NCBI GenBank assembly: GCA_038212445.1
Contig: JBBQUM010000029.1
Span: 8,474-72,473, forward strand
From: Bryobacterales bacterium
Lineage (GTDB): Bacteria > Acidobacteriota > Terriglobia > Bryobacterales > Bryobacteraceae
Length of the DNA: 64,000 nucleotides
Reading direction: 5' to 3'
Shown: positions 1-7,957 of the stretch, piece after piece
How the letters are laid out: the number at the start of each line of letters is the position of its first letter
Position numbering within the stretch: the stretch's first letter is position 1
Position numbers and translations under genes: made by a program
The notes under the pieces: generated by a model
What the model was told of the DNA's origin: nothing
Seen by the model: only the letters and a program-made list of their open reading frames with translations
Database searches by the model: none

Positions 1-477
1 GATGTGAACGGTTTTCTAACTATGGAGCGGCGGTTACTGGATCTGGTGGTGCGAATGGCCAGGCAGGGCGACCGGCTGGGCCAGGATCGTGTCGCTGAAG
101 AAATCGCGTCGCATCTGGTGCAGACCGACCAGGCGGATCACGTCGCCGGCTACATCCATGACGGGTCAGAGGTCCACGCCATTGAGTCAGAAGGCGATGT
201 GGACGCGGTTGTCTCGTTTGCCGACGCTCTGAAGAAGGGCGGTTGGCTCGTCAAGTTCCTCACGTCACAGTGTCGCGGCGTAAAGGAGCGAAAGGGCTAT
301 CCGACTCCGCTCGAAGTTATGCAGTCGCTTGCAGGATCGATGGACCAGTTCCAGTCAGAGGTGGAAGCCTCAAGGGAGTTGGTAAACCGTCATCCTGATC
401 TGTTCGATCCGGCCGAGAGCACGCTGATTGAAGTGCCTGATTCGCCGCGCGAAAGCAGCCGTAGCGCTGGCCGCTAA
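1..477 (+). CDS. hypothetical protein (frame open to window edge, may be 5' truncated)
   Basis: ORF 4..477. The frame has no stop back to base 1. Balanced, non-GC-artefact composition. No family motif recognised. Confidence 0.4.
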   Translation, partial: DVNGFLTMERRLLDLVVRMARQGDRLGQDRVAEEIASHLVQTDQADHVAGYIHDGSEVHAIESEGDVDAVVSFADALKKGGWLVKFLTSQCRGVKERKGYPTPLEVMQSLAGSMDQFQSEVEASRELVNRHPDLFDPAESTLIEVPDSPRESSRSAGR

Positions 478-486
478 CCGAACCGG

Positions 487-1206
487 CTACGGCATTTGAG
501 GAAGTCCGCTTTCGAGCATTCGGGCGATCCAATCTGCGTGAGGAAGTCCAGAGGCGGCTAGCGCCTTTAGCTCTTTCGCGACATCATACTCAACTCTGCG
601 GATAGTGGGCGTACCGTTGTCCAGCAAGACGTATGAGGCTCGACGATCACCGTCATAGGGAAGGCCTACGCTGCCGCTGTTGACGATGGTCACACCTGCC
701 ACTGTCCTCACGAAAGGACGGTGGACGTGACCGTAGATGACGACGGGCCGCCCGAGTGCGCCATAGGTCGATTCCAGGTCGCCGTCGGTCGCTTCAGGAA
801 CTGGAGCGCGCCAAAAAGTACCAGGACTCGCGTGCAATAGGGCGAACCCTTCTCGTACCACCTGGGCAGGCAACCGGCTCAACCACGACAGTCGCTCGTC
901 GCCGAGCGCCGATCGCGTGAACGCGGCCATTTCCTCGATGGTGTCGAAGAGCGACTTCAACTGTGGGGTTTGTCTGGCGAACTCCTGTAGTGACTCCGGC
1001 CTGTAGAGCATTTCATCAGTGTTGCCAGCGACGCCAGCCCAGCCGAGATCGCGAATACGGTCGACAATCTCAACGCCGCCGGCGCCCATGTCCGCCAAAT
1101 CGCCGCCATGCAGAACGAGATCGGGAGACGCCTCGCGAAGGTCTGCCAGCACCGCTTCGAAAGCGGTGAGATTTCCGTGTATGTCAGAGATGATGGCGAC
1201 CCGCAT
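487..1206 (-). CDS. metallophosphoesterase (calcineurin-like, YfcE/MJ0936 type)
   Basis: Motifs MRVAIISDIHGN, HGGDLAD, GNTD and YGHVHRPF. Start moved from track 1269 to ATG 1206, which has GAGAGGG 6 nt upstream. Family members begin at this first beta-strand. Confidence 0.85.
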   Translation of the reverse strand: MRVAIISDIHGNLTAFEAVLADLREASPDLVLHGGDLADMGAGGVEIVDRIRDLGWAGVAGNTDEMLYRPESLQEFARQTPQLKSLFDTIEEMAAFTRSALGDERLSWLSRLPAQVVREGFALLHASPGTFWRAPVPEATDGDLESTYGALGRPVVIYGHVHRPFVRTVAGVTIVNSGSVGLPYDGDRRASYVLLDNGTPTIRRVEYDVAKELKALAASGLPHADWIARMLESGLPQMP

Positions 1207-1256
1207 GTCGAACCCTCTCGAATAGGGTACGGCGTGATGGCGGCCACACCATATGG

Positions 1257-1286
1257 TATAAATATTCATAGCGATGAATATTTATA
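1257..1286. promoter_or_regulatory. perfect 13+13 bp inverted repeat (TATAAATATTCAT-agcg-ATGAATATTTATA), ARG-box-like operator overlapping an extended -10 and the argC start codon
   Basis: Read directly. Arms are 1257-1269 and 1274-1286. TGAAT/ATTCA cores sit in an AT-rich context. TGgTATAAAT at 1254-1263 lies only about 10 nt before ATG 1274. Confidence 0.5.
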
Positions 1287-2284
1287 AGGTGGGCGTCGTC
1301 GGCTTCCGCGGCTATAGCGGGGCTGAACTCGTGCGCCTGCTCGGGCGGCACCCTGGCGTTCAAACGGTTCTCCTGGAGCACCGGCAGGATGCCGAACATC
1401 GTCCGGAGCCGTTGAATCACAAGGGTCCGGAGCGCCTGCCGTCGACGCTTGACGCCATTGCGGGGGCCGGAATCGCGTGCGTGTTCCTCGCCACGCCGCC
1501 CGAGGTCTCGATGGAGCTGGCCGTGCCGCTGGTGGAATGCGGCATCAAAGTGGTGGATCTTAGCGGCGCCTTCCGTTTGCGCACCACCGACAATTACGCG
1601 CGCTGGTACAAAGAGGCTCACACAGCCCCTGCCCTGCTGAGCGAAGCTGTCTACGGACTGCCGGAGTTCTACCGCAATTCCATTCCGCAGGCTCGCCTGA
1701 TCTCGAATCCGGGGTGCTACCCAACCGCTGCCAATCTCGCCATCCGTCCGCTGATCGAAGCTAAGCTCGTGGACCGTTCCGCGGGAATTGTCTGTGACGC
1801 CAAGAGCGGTGTCAGCGGAGCGGGTCGCAAACCCAGCCTCAAGACCAGCTTTTCCGAGGTCACGGAGAACTTTTCGGTGTATTCGATTCTGGACCACCGA
1901 CATGTTCCCGAGGTCCTGATGAACTCCAATCTCGAGGAAGCAGAGTTCAGCTTTACAGCGCAATTGCTGCCAATCGATCGCGGGATTCTGGAGACGATTT
2001 ACTTCCGCGCCACCGAGGGCACAACCGCGGAGGGGGTCCTTGAAGCGTATCAGTCAAGGTATGCCGGCGAACCGTTTGTTCGCCTTTACAAGCCAGGCCA
2101 GGTACCGGATTTACGGTTGATTCAGCGGACGAATTTCTGCGATATCGGCTTTCGGTTCGACCCCTCCACACGGCGGACGGTGGTGGTGAGCGCGATTGAC
2201 AATCTGGTGAAAGGCGCGGCCGGGCAGGCCATTCAAAACATGAATCTGGCGCTTGGCTTCGCCGAAACGGAGGCGCTGCTATGA
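1274..2284 (+). CDS. argC: N-acetyl-gamma-glutamyl-phosphate reductase
   Basis: VGVVGFRGYSGAELVRLL Rossmann N-terminus, SNPGCYPTA active-site Cys motif and DNLVKGAAGQAIQNMN C-terminus. Confidence 0.95.
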   Translation: MNIYKVGVVGFRGYSGAELVRLLGRHPGVQTVLLEHRQDAEHRPEPLNHKGPERLPSTLDAIAGAGIACVFLATPPEVSMELAVPLVECGIKVVDLSGAFRLRTTDNYARWYKEAHTAPALLSEAVYGLPEFYRNSIPQARLISNPGCYPTAANLAIRPLIEAKLVDRSAGIVCDAKSGVSGAGRKPSLKTSFSEVTENFSVYSILDHRHVPEVLMNSNLEEAEFSFTAQLLPIDRGILETIYFRATEGTTAEGVLEAYQSRYAGEPFVRLYKPGQVPDLRLIQRTNFCDIGFRFDPSTRRTVVVSAIDNLVKGAAGQAIQNMNLALGFAETEALL

Positions 2285-3060
2285 AGGCGCTGGTGAAGTT
2301 GGGCGGCACCCTGATCGACACCCTGGAATCGCGTACACGCCTCACGAGTGAGATTGCCGCACTGGTAGGCGGAGGGGAGCGGGTGGTGGTTGTTCATGGC
2401 GGCGGCAAGCAGATGACACGCTTCCTGACCGAACGCGGTGTGGAGAGCCGGTTTGTGAACGGACTCCGTGTCTCCACGTCTGAGGTGATCGATGCATTGC
2501 TGAAGTGTCTTGCCGGCACGGTGAATCATGAACTGGTGGCAGCATTCACGGCCGCGGGATGCCGCGCCGTGGGGCTGAGCGGACTGGACGCGTCGCTGGT
2601 GACGGCCGAGCAGGTATCTCCCGAACTTGGCGCCACCGGACGACCGGTGAAGGTGGACACGTCGCTGCTCAACCTTCTGGCTTTGCGCGGCTTCATACCG
2701 GTGGTGGCTTGCATCGCGGGTGGAGCAAAAGGCGAGATTTTCAACGTAAATGCCGATCAAATGGCGGTTGGTGTTGCGTCCGCTTATCACGCCAAGCGCC
2801 TCTACTTCCTGACTGATGTCGACGGCGTCCGCGATGAGAGCGGTGCGATTGCGCCGAAACTCACGGTAAAGGACATCGACCGGCTGATCGCATCCGGTGT
2901 TGCTACCGGAGGCATGCAGGCGAAGCTCGAGGCAGCCAAGTCGGCGCTTAAGAGCGGGGTGGTGGAGATCATCATTGCACCCGGTCAGCGGCCGGGAATC
3001 CTGGCCAGTCTCGCTGCCGGAGAAGCGGTGGGAACCCGCATTATTCGAGGCAGGTCCTAA
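2281..3060 (+). CDS. argB: acetylglutamate kinase
   Basis: KLGG, VVVHGGGKQ and NVNADQMA motifs. ATGA overlap with the argC stop. Confidence 0.95.
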   Translation: MKALVKLGGTLIDTLESRTRLTSEIAALVGGGERVVVVHGGGKQMTRFLTERGVESRFVNGLRVSTSEVIDALLKCLAGTVNHELVAAFTAAGCRAVGLSGLDASLVTAEQVSPELGATGRPVKVDTSLLNLLALRGFIPVVACIAGGAKGEIFNVNADQMAVGVASAYHAKRLYFLTDVDGVRDESGAIAPKLTVKDIDRLIASGVATGGMQAKLEAAKSALKSGVVEIIIAPGQRPGILASLAAGEAVGTRIIRGRS

Positions 3061-3614
3061 TGAGCGCTGAGCAAATTCTGCGTCGCGCCAACCTGCGTGA
3101 CATTCCGGCATTGCTCGGACTGATCAACGCCTACGCCACCAAACAGGTGATGCTGCCGCGTACTGAGTTTGAAATGGCGGAGAATATCCGCGATTTTGTC
3201 GTGGTATTCGAAGGGGAATTACTGCTTGGTTGCGGAGCGCTTCACTTCTACACGCCGCATAGCGCGGAGGTGCGATCGCTGGCAGTTGATCCTACGCGCA
3301 AGACCAGCGGCGTGGGACGTCGCATAGTGGAGGCGCTCGAAGCGGATGCGCTCGAGAATGGGCTTGCCTCTATGTTCGCCTTTACCTACGTACCGGGCTT
3401 CTTCCGTAAGCTAGGTTTCGATCAAGTGGATCGAGGCGAGTTACCGCTTAAAGCGTGGAAGGATTGCATGCGTTGTCCCAAGTTTCAAGCTTGTGACGAA
3501 ATTGCCATGCTGAAACGCCTTCCAGTTGCTGATTCCGGCAGACTCGATCCGGTGAATCTCCTAGCGAAGATCCACACCCAAAGCGAGTTAGTGCAATTTC
3601 CTTCAGTACGATAG
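3060..3614 (+). CDS. GNAT family amino-acid N-acetyltransferase (short-form N-acetylglutamate synthase-like)
   Basis: GNAT core (AEVRSLAVDPTRKTSGVGRRIVEALE), operon position after argB with TAATG overlap, and a Cys-rich tail CMRCPKFQAC. Confidence 0.7.
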   Translation: MSAEQILRRANLRDIPALLGLINAYATKQVMLPRTEFEMAENIRDFVVVFEGELLLGCGALHFYTPHSAEVRSLAVDPTRKTSGVGRRIVEALEADALENGLASMFAFTYVPGFFRKLGFDQVDRGELPLKAWKDCMRCPKFQACDEIAMLKRLPVADSGRLDPVNLLAKIHTQSELVQFPSVR

Positions 3615-3751
3615 ACGTACTAGTACCAGAAAATAAAGGTAATAAAACCCTCTTAGGCGTGAGAATCCTGTCTCCGTTTTTCCACTATTCCATCGAGAAC
3701 GGACGCTTCATGCGATCCGCTCCAAAAACAGACAAACAGGAGACAGGCATC

Positions 3752-4723
3752 ATGCGCGCACAAACAGTGGACGTGAAGCAATCATCGGGGAGAATCCTTT
3801 GCTGCACTATCTTCCGCCCAGGTGGAAAAAAGCTGCTCGCGAAGGGACATGTAATCAGCGAGGAAGATGTACGACTGCTTGAAGTGGAGGGGATGCAGCA
3901 GATTTGGGTGACTGAACTGGAAGAGGGCGAGGTTGGAGAGGACGACGCCGTCATACAGATTGCCACCGAAATGGGGTGCGGCAGCATCGAGATTAAGCTC
4001 GCGGCCGGTGGACGAGCGAATCTAATCGCAACAGAAGACAGTTGCGTGCTGGTAGACGACGAACTGCTGAAGCAGATCAACTGCACCGCCAGCATCGCCA
4101 TTGCCACCAGCTCGAACTTCAGTTTCGCCAAGGCGGGACAGCGGATCGCGACGGTAAAGAGCTCACCCTTCGCCATCGCCCAGGCACAACTCGAAGCTGT
4201 CGTGTCAATCATCAAGGAACGCGGCCCGCTGCTTCAGGCACGGCCGATTCGCACGCCGTCGGTCGGCGTCCTGTATTCCGACCCTCTGAGTGGGGAACGC
4301 GCCCGCCAGTTGTTCGAGAACATCATGCGCCAGCGGTTGGAACGTTTTGGGACTTCCCCAGCGTATGTACTATCGACGGTAGAAGAAGAGGGTGCCGTCG
4401 CTCGAAGCCTGAATCATCTCTTGCGGTCAAAGCCGACATCAATCCTGGTTGCATCTACGACGGCGCCCGCGGGCCCTGAGGACATAGTTGGACGTGCGAT
4501 GGCGCGAATCGGGTGCCATCTTGAGAGATTTTTAGCTCCCGTTGAGCCGGGAAATCTGTTACTCTTGAGTTTCAAAGACGACGTACCGATTGTTTCAGCA
4601 CCGGGGTGCTTCAGGTCTGCCAAGCCGAATGTGGTTGATCTAATTTTGCCTCCGATGCTTGCGCGATATCGTGTTTCTGGGTGGGAAGTGGCCAGCCTTG
4701 GACATGGCGGCCTTCTCGCCTAA
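3752..4723 (+). CDS. molybdopterin-binding (MoCF_biosynth/MoeA-like) domain protein
   Basis: C-terminal ILVASTTAPAGPEDIV...VSAPGCFRSAKP resembles the MoeA/MogA fold motif (tGG.s.g..D ... LPGnP). Start set to ATG 3752, which has AGGAG 9 nt upstream (track start is 3659). Confidence 0.6.
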   Translation: MRAQTVDVKQSSGRILCCTIFRPGGKKLLAKGHVISEEDVRLLEVEGMQQIWVTELEEGEVGEDDAVIQIATEMGCGSIEIKLAAGGRANLIATEDSCVLVDDELLKQINCTASIAIATSSNFSFAKAGQRIATVKSSPFAIAQAQLEAVVSIIKERGPLLQARPIRTPSVGVLYSDPLSGERARQLFENIMRQRLERFGTSPAYVLSTVEEEGAVARSLNHLLRSKPTSILVASTTAPAGPEDIVGRAMARIGCHLERFLAPVEPGNLLLLSFKDDVPIVSAPGCFRSAKPNVVDLILPPMLARYRVSGWEVASLGHGGLLA

Positions 4724-4728
4724 ACGGT

Positions 4729-4842
4729 GGAGCCGGCTTAAAACCGGCTATGAGTAAGCTCCTCCACTACCACAACCCGTTTCCTCCGAGCGGTTTGTGG
4801 GTGCTCCTCAGCCGGGTGCTTGACCAGCACCCGGCTTTTTTT
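4729..4842 (+). ncRNA. candidate structured RNA (sRNA, 3'UTR-derived RNA or leader) with CCUCC motifs, ending in an intrinsic terminator
   Basis: Hairpin 4731-4749. Hairpin 4770-4800 has CCTCC in its 11-nt loop. CTCCTCC at 4759-4765 and CTCCTC at 4804-4809. Terminator at 4811-4842. Confidence 0.3.
4811..4842 (+). terminator. rho-independent terminator
   Basis: GCCGGGTGC-ttgacca-GCACCCGGC followed by T7. Confidence 0.8.
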
Positions 4843-4916
4843 GGCTAAGTCTCCTGTTTCCTTCGTCCAGCACTCCGCCACCCAAGCTGCTACACTGACC
4901 TCTGCGCTAACGAAAT

Positions 4917-6158
4917 ATGCGGATTTCCACAGTCAACTCATTCCTGCTCTCGTGCCCATTACCAGAGCCTTTGCACCTTCCGTACTACGGAGGTGAGCGC
5001 ACAATTCTCAAGCGGGACGCCCTGCTGATCCGGGTGGAGACCGAGTCCGGGTTGGTGGGTTACGCTCCCGGCCCGGCCACCGAATTCGCGAGAGATGCGA
5101 TTGCGAATACGGTGGGACCGTTCCTGTGCGGACGAATCCTCGCCGATCCTGACGCGCTTCGGATCCAATTCCTGGACCTTTTCGCCGGTTCGACACCGAG
5201 TTTTACAGAGATTTACTGTTCGGTTGAATTCGCTTTGTATGACATTCTCGGAAAGGCGCTTGGAGTTCCGCTATCCGAACTGGCTGGCGGGAGGGTACGC
5301 GATCGGATCCGCCTCTACGGCAGTGGCGGAATGTACATGCCGCCCGAGGGTTACGCCGCGGAAGCCGCCGCTGTAGCCGGACTCGGGTTTCGGGCTTACA
5401 AGATGCGGTCGGGAATGGGTCCTGAGCAGGATGTTGAGTCTGTCCGGCAGATGCGAAAAGCCGTGGGGCCCGACTTCGACCTCATGGTGGACGCTCACAC
5501 GTGGTGGAGAATGGGCGACCGCAGCTATTCCGCGGCGACCGTAAATTCCCTTGCCGAACAGCTTGCCGACTTTCGTTTGGCGTGGCTCGAGGAGCCGCTG
5601 CCGCCTGCCGAACATAGCGCCTACCGGCAGTTGCGTGAACTGGACCTGGTTCCCATCGCCGGTGGTGAACATGAGCCGAACGACGAAGGCTTTGTCGATC
5701 TGATCTACTCGAATGCGGTGGATTACGTCCAGATGGACATCGTTTGCCAAGGTGGCGTTCCCACATTTCGCAAAATGATGCCCGCCATAGAGAAGCAGGG
5801 TCTCCGTTTTGCATTTCACAGTTGGGGCACGGCTCTTGAGGTGGTGGTTGCCGCGCACCTGGGTATCTGCTGGCCCGACGCTGTCACAGAGTGGCTGGAG
5901 TATCCCTGTTACAGCAGTCCGACCTTCAAGGGAATGTACCCGTTCGCGCTAGCGCACGAGATTCTGAAAGACCCGCTTGAAATCGAAGGCGGCGATCTGA
6001 TCGTGCCGAAGGGCGTCGGGCTTGGCGTCACGGTGGATGAGTCTGTGATTGAGAAATACCCCTGGATTCCCGGTCCCTGGTCCTTCTTCCGGCTACATTC
6101 CCCTGATGAGACATGGGCCGTTACCGGCGATCACGCGCAGCCCTGGCTGGGCCGCTAG
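4917..6158 (+). CDS. mandelate racemase/muconate lactonizing enzyme family protein (enolase superfamily, sugar-acid dehydratase-like)
   Basis: N-terminal capping domain plus barrel motifs YKMRSG, MVDAHTWW, LAWLEEP and IAGGEHE (metal ligands D/E/E pattern). Confidence 0.85.
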   Translation: MRISTVNSFLLSCPLPEPLHLPYYGGERTILKRDALLIRVETESGLVGYAPGPATEFARDAIANTVGPFLCGRILADPDALRIQFLDLFAGSTPSFTEIYCSVEFALYDILGKALGVPLSELAGGRVRDRIRLYGSGGMYMPPEGYAAEAAAVAGLGFRAYKMRSGMGPEQDVESVRQMRKAVGPDFDLMVDAHTWWRMGDRSYSAATVNSLAEQLADFRLAWLEEPLPPAEHSAYRQLRELDLVPIAGGEHEPNDEGFVDLIYSNAVDYVQMDIVCQGGVPTFRKMMPAIEKQGLRFAFHSWGTALEVVVAAHLGICWPDAVTEWLEYPCYSSPTFKGMYPFALAHEILKDPLEIEGGDLIVPKGVGLGVTVDESVIEKYPWIPGPWSFFRLHSPDETWAVTGDHAQPWLGR

Positions 6159-6162
6159 GACG

Positions 6163-7467
6163 ATGGCGCTCACTCTCGCTCTGGTGGAGGCGTGGGAGAT
6201 CCTTGATTCGCGCGGCAACCCCACCGTAGCGGTGGAAGCGACGCTTTCGGATGGCTCGCGGGGCCAGGCGCAGGTACCTTCAGGCGCGTCCACGGGAAGC
6301 CATGAGGCCTCAGAGTTACGCGATGGTATCGCAGAGTGGTACTCCGGCAAGGGAGTGGGCCTCGCCGTGCGAAACGCGGTGAATGAGGTGCCGATCGGCG
6401 CGAGCGTTGAGCCTCTGATCGAGTTTGAGCGACTGCTGCTGTCGGTCGACGGAACTCGCGATAAGTCGCGCCTCGGCGCCAACGCGATGCTGGGAGTCTG
6501 CTGCGCCGTTGCCCGCGCGTTGGCGCAGTCGCGCAGCCTCGCCCTGTGGAAACTGCTGGTTGACGAGTTTGGCGGAGGCGCGACGCCGACATTGCCCCTG
6601 CCGATGGTAAACATTCTGTCGGGCGGACTCCACGCGGGTTCGCAGATCGATTTCCAGGATTTCCTCGCTGTCCCGCACGGCCTCCCGACGTTTGCGGGCG
6701 CACTGCATGCTGCCGTCCGAATTCACCATGCCGCGCGCACGGTGGCCGAAGAGGCTGGCCATGTGCTCACCGGGGTTGCCGATGAGGGAGGCTGGGGACC
6801 TCGACTGCCTTCCAACGAGGCGGCTCTCGGAATTCTGACGCAGGCAATTGAACGTGCGGGATACCGCCCAGGGATCGATGTGTCGATCGCCATCGACGCA
6901 GCGTCAACGCACTATTTCCGCGACGGCGGCTATCTTCTGGCGAGCGAGAAGCGGCGTCTCACGTCGGCCGAGATGACGGGAATGCTGGAAGACTGGACAC
7001 GCCGCTATCCTGTGATTTCCATTGAAGACGGACTGTCTGAGGACGATTGGGATGGGTGGAATCATCTCACCGAGACTCTGGGCGGACGGTGTCAGTTGAT
7101 CGGCGACGACTTGTTCACCACCAATCCAGAGCGTGTACGGCGCGGGATTGCTCAAGGCGCTGGAAATTCAGTGCTGGTGAAGATGAACCAGATTGGCACG
7201 CTGGGCGAGACGTTTGAGGTGCTGCGCATGGCGCGTGAAGCGGGGTATTCAGCAGTGGTCTCCGCGCGGTCCGGTGACACCGAGGATGCGTTTCTGGCCG
7301 ACCTTGCGGTGGCGAGCGGCGCGGGGCAAATCAAGGTGGGCTCGGTGACGCGCAGCGAGCGTCTGGCGAAATACAACCGACTGCTTGAGCTTGAGAAACG
7401 GGAAAGCAGCGGGATTCCCTATGCGGGGGCCGCTCCGCTTTCCGGCTGGCTGAAAGCCACTACTTAG
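6163..7467 (+). CDS. eno: enolase (phosphopyruvate hydratase), divergent copy
   Basis: ILDSRGNPTVAVEA, PSGASTGSHEA, IAIDAAS, ISIEDGL, LIGDDLF, VKMNQIGT, SARSGDTED and QIKVGS. Start set to ATG 6163, 4 nt after the upstream stop (track start 6049 overlaps the previous gene). Confidence 0.85.
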   Translation: MALTLALVEAWEILDSRGNPTVAVEATLSDGSRGQAQVPSGASTGSHEASELRDGIAEWYSGKGVGLAVRNAVNEVPIGASVEPLIEFERLLLSVDGTRDKSRLGANAMLGVCCAVARALAQSRSLALWKLLVDEFGGGATPTLPLPMVNILSGGLHAGSQIDFQDFLAVPHGLPTFAGALHAAVRIHHAARTVAEEAGHVLTGVADEGGWGPRLPSNEAALGILTQAIERAGYRPGIDVSIAIDAASTHYFRDGGYLLASEKRRLTSAEMTGMLEDWTRRYPVISIEDGLSEDDWDGWNHLTETLGGRCQLIGDDLFTTNPERVRRGIAQGAGNSVLVKMNQIGTLGETFEVLRMAREAGYSAVVSARSGDTEDAFLADLAVASGAGQIKVGSVTRSERLAKYNRLLELEKRESSGIPYAGAAPLSGWLKATT

Positions 7468-7957
7468 ACAGGTGCTCGGAGAAGGTGAAGTCGGCGCCGT
7501 CGATGTCGAACAGCGTTAGTGTGAGATTCTTCCGCTGGTCAATATCGCTGGCCGGCACTGCCATAGTGGCAGCCAGCATCCGGTCGAGCATCTGGCCTCC
7601 GTTGATCTTGTCTTTGACCACCAGACCCTCGTTGTATTTCGGGCCGAGCAGTTTGTAGTAGTCAAAAACGCGATTCATATCGGAGCGGGCCACGGTGTCG
7701 CCGGTAATTTCCTTGCCGTCCGCGCCTGTGATCTTGATCACGCCTTCGCGGACCATGAACTGCGTTTTGGTGGGATTGATCACGCGAAAATCCACCACCA
7801 CGATGCTGTTCTTATCGTCGGTGCCCAGGCTTCGGACTTTCAGAATCTTGCCTTCGAGGGTAAGGTGCGCGCCCTTGGTGCCCACCAACGTAAACCCGAT
7901 GATGATTCCGACGACAGCGAGGCCGATGGCCAGAAACACCAGGAATTGCTTACTCAT
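7460..7957 (-). CDS. membrane-anchored hypothetical protein
   Basis: One N-terminal TM helix (FLVFLAIGLAVVGIIIGFTLV) followed by a beta-rich soluble domain. 8-nt overlap with the upstream gene. Confidence 0.55.
   Translation of the reverse strand: MSKQFLVFLAIGLAVVGIIIGFTLVGTKGAHLTLEGKILKVRSLGTDDKNSIVVVDFRVINPTKTQFMVREGVIKITGADGKEITGDTVARSDMNRVFDYYKLLGPKYNEGLVVKDKINGGQMLDRMLAATMAVPASDIDQRKNLTLTLFDIDGADFTFSEHLSK

Noticed and set aside
1207-1269. Longer N-terminus (MNIYTIWCGRHHAVPYSRGFD) for the metallophosphoesterase
   Set aside because: The MNIY start is simply the mirror image of the argC start created by the palindrome. The family N-terminus and an RBS-like GAGAGGG support ATG 1206.
1184-1963. 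259-aa ORF on the minus strand
   Set aside because: Antisense to argC, which has unambiguous family motifs.
3617-3626. 10-bp palindrome GTACTAGTAC after the GNAT gene
   Set aside because: Too short, with no loop to act as a terminator, and no U tract. Likely fortuitous.
6049-6162. Upstream extension of the enolase ORF
   Set aside because: Overlaps the MR/MLE gene. The conserved enolase N-terminus starts at Met 6163.
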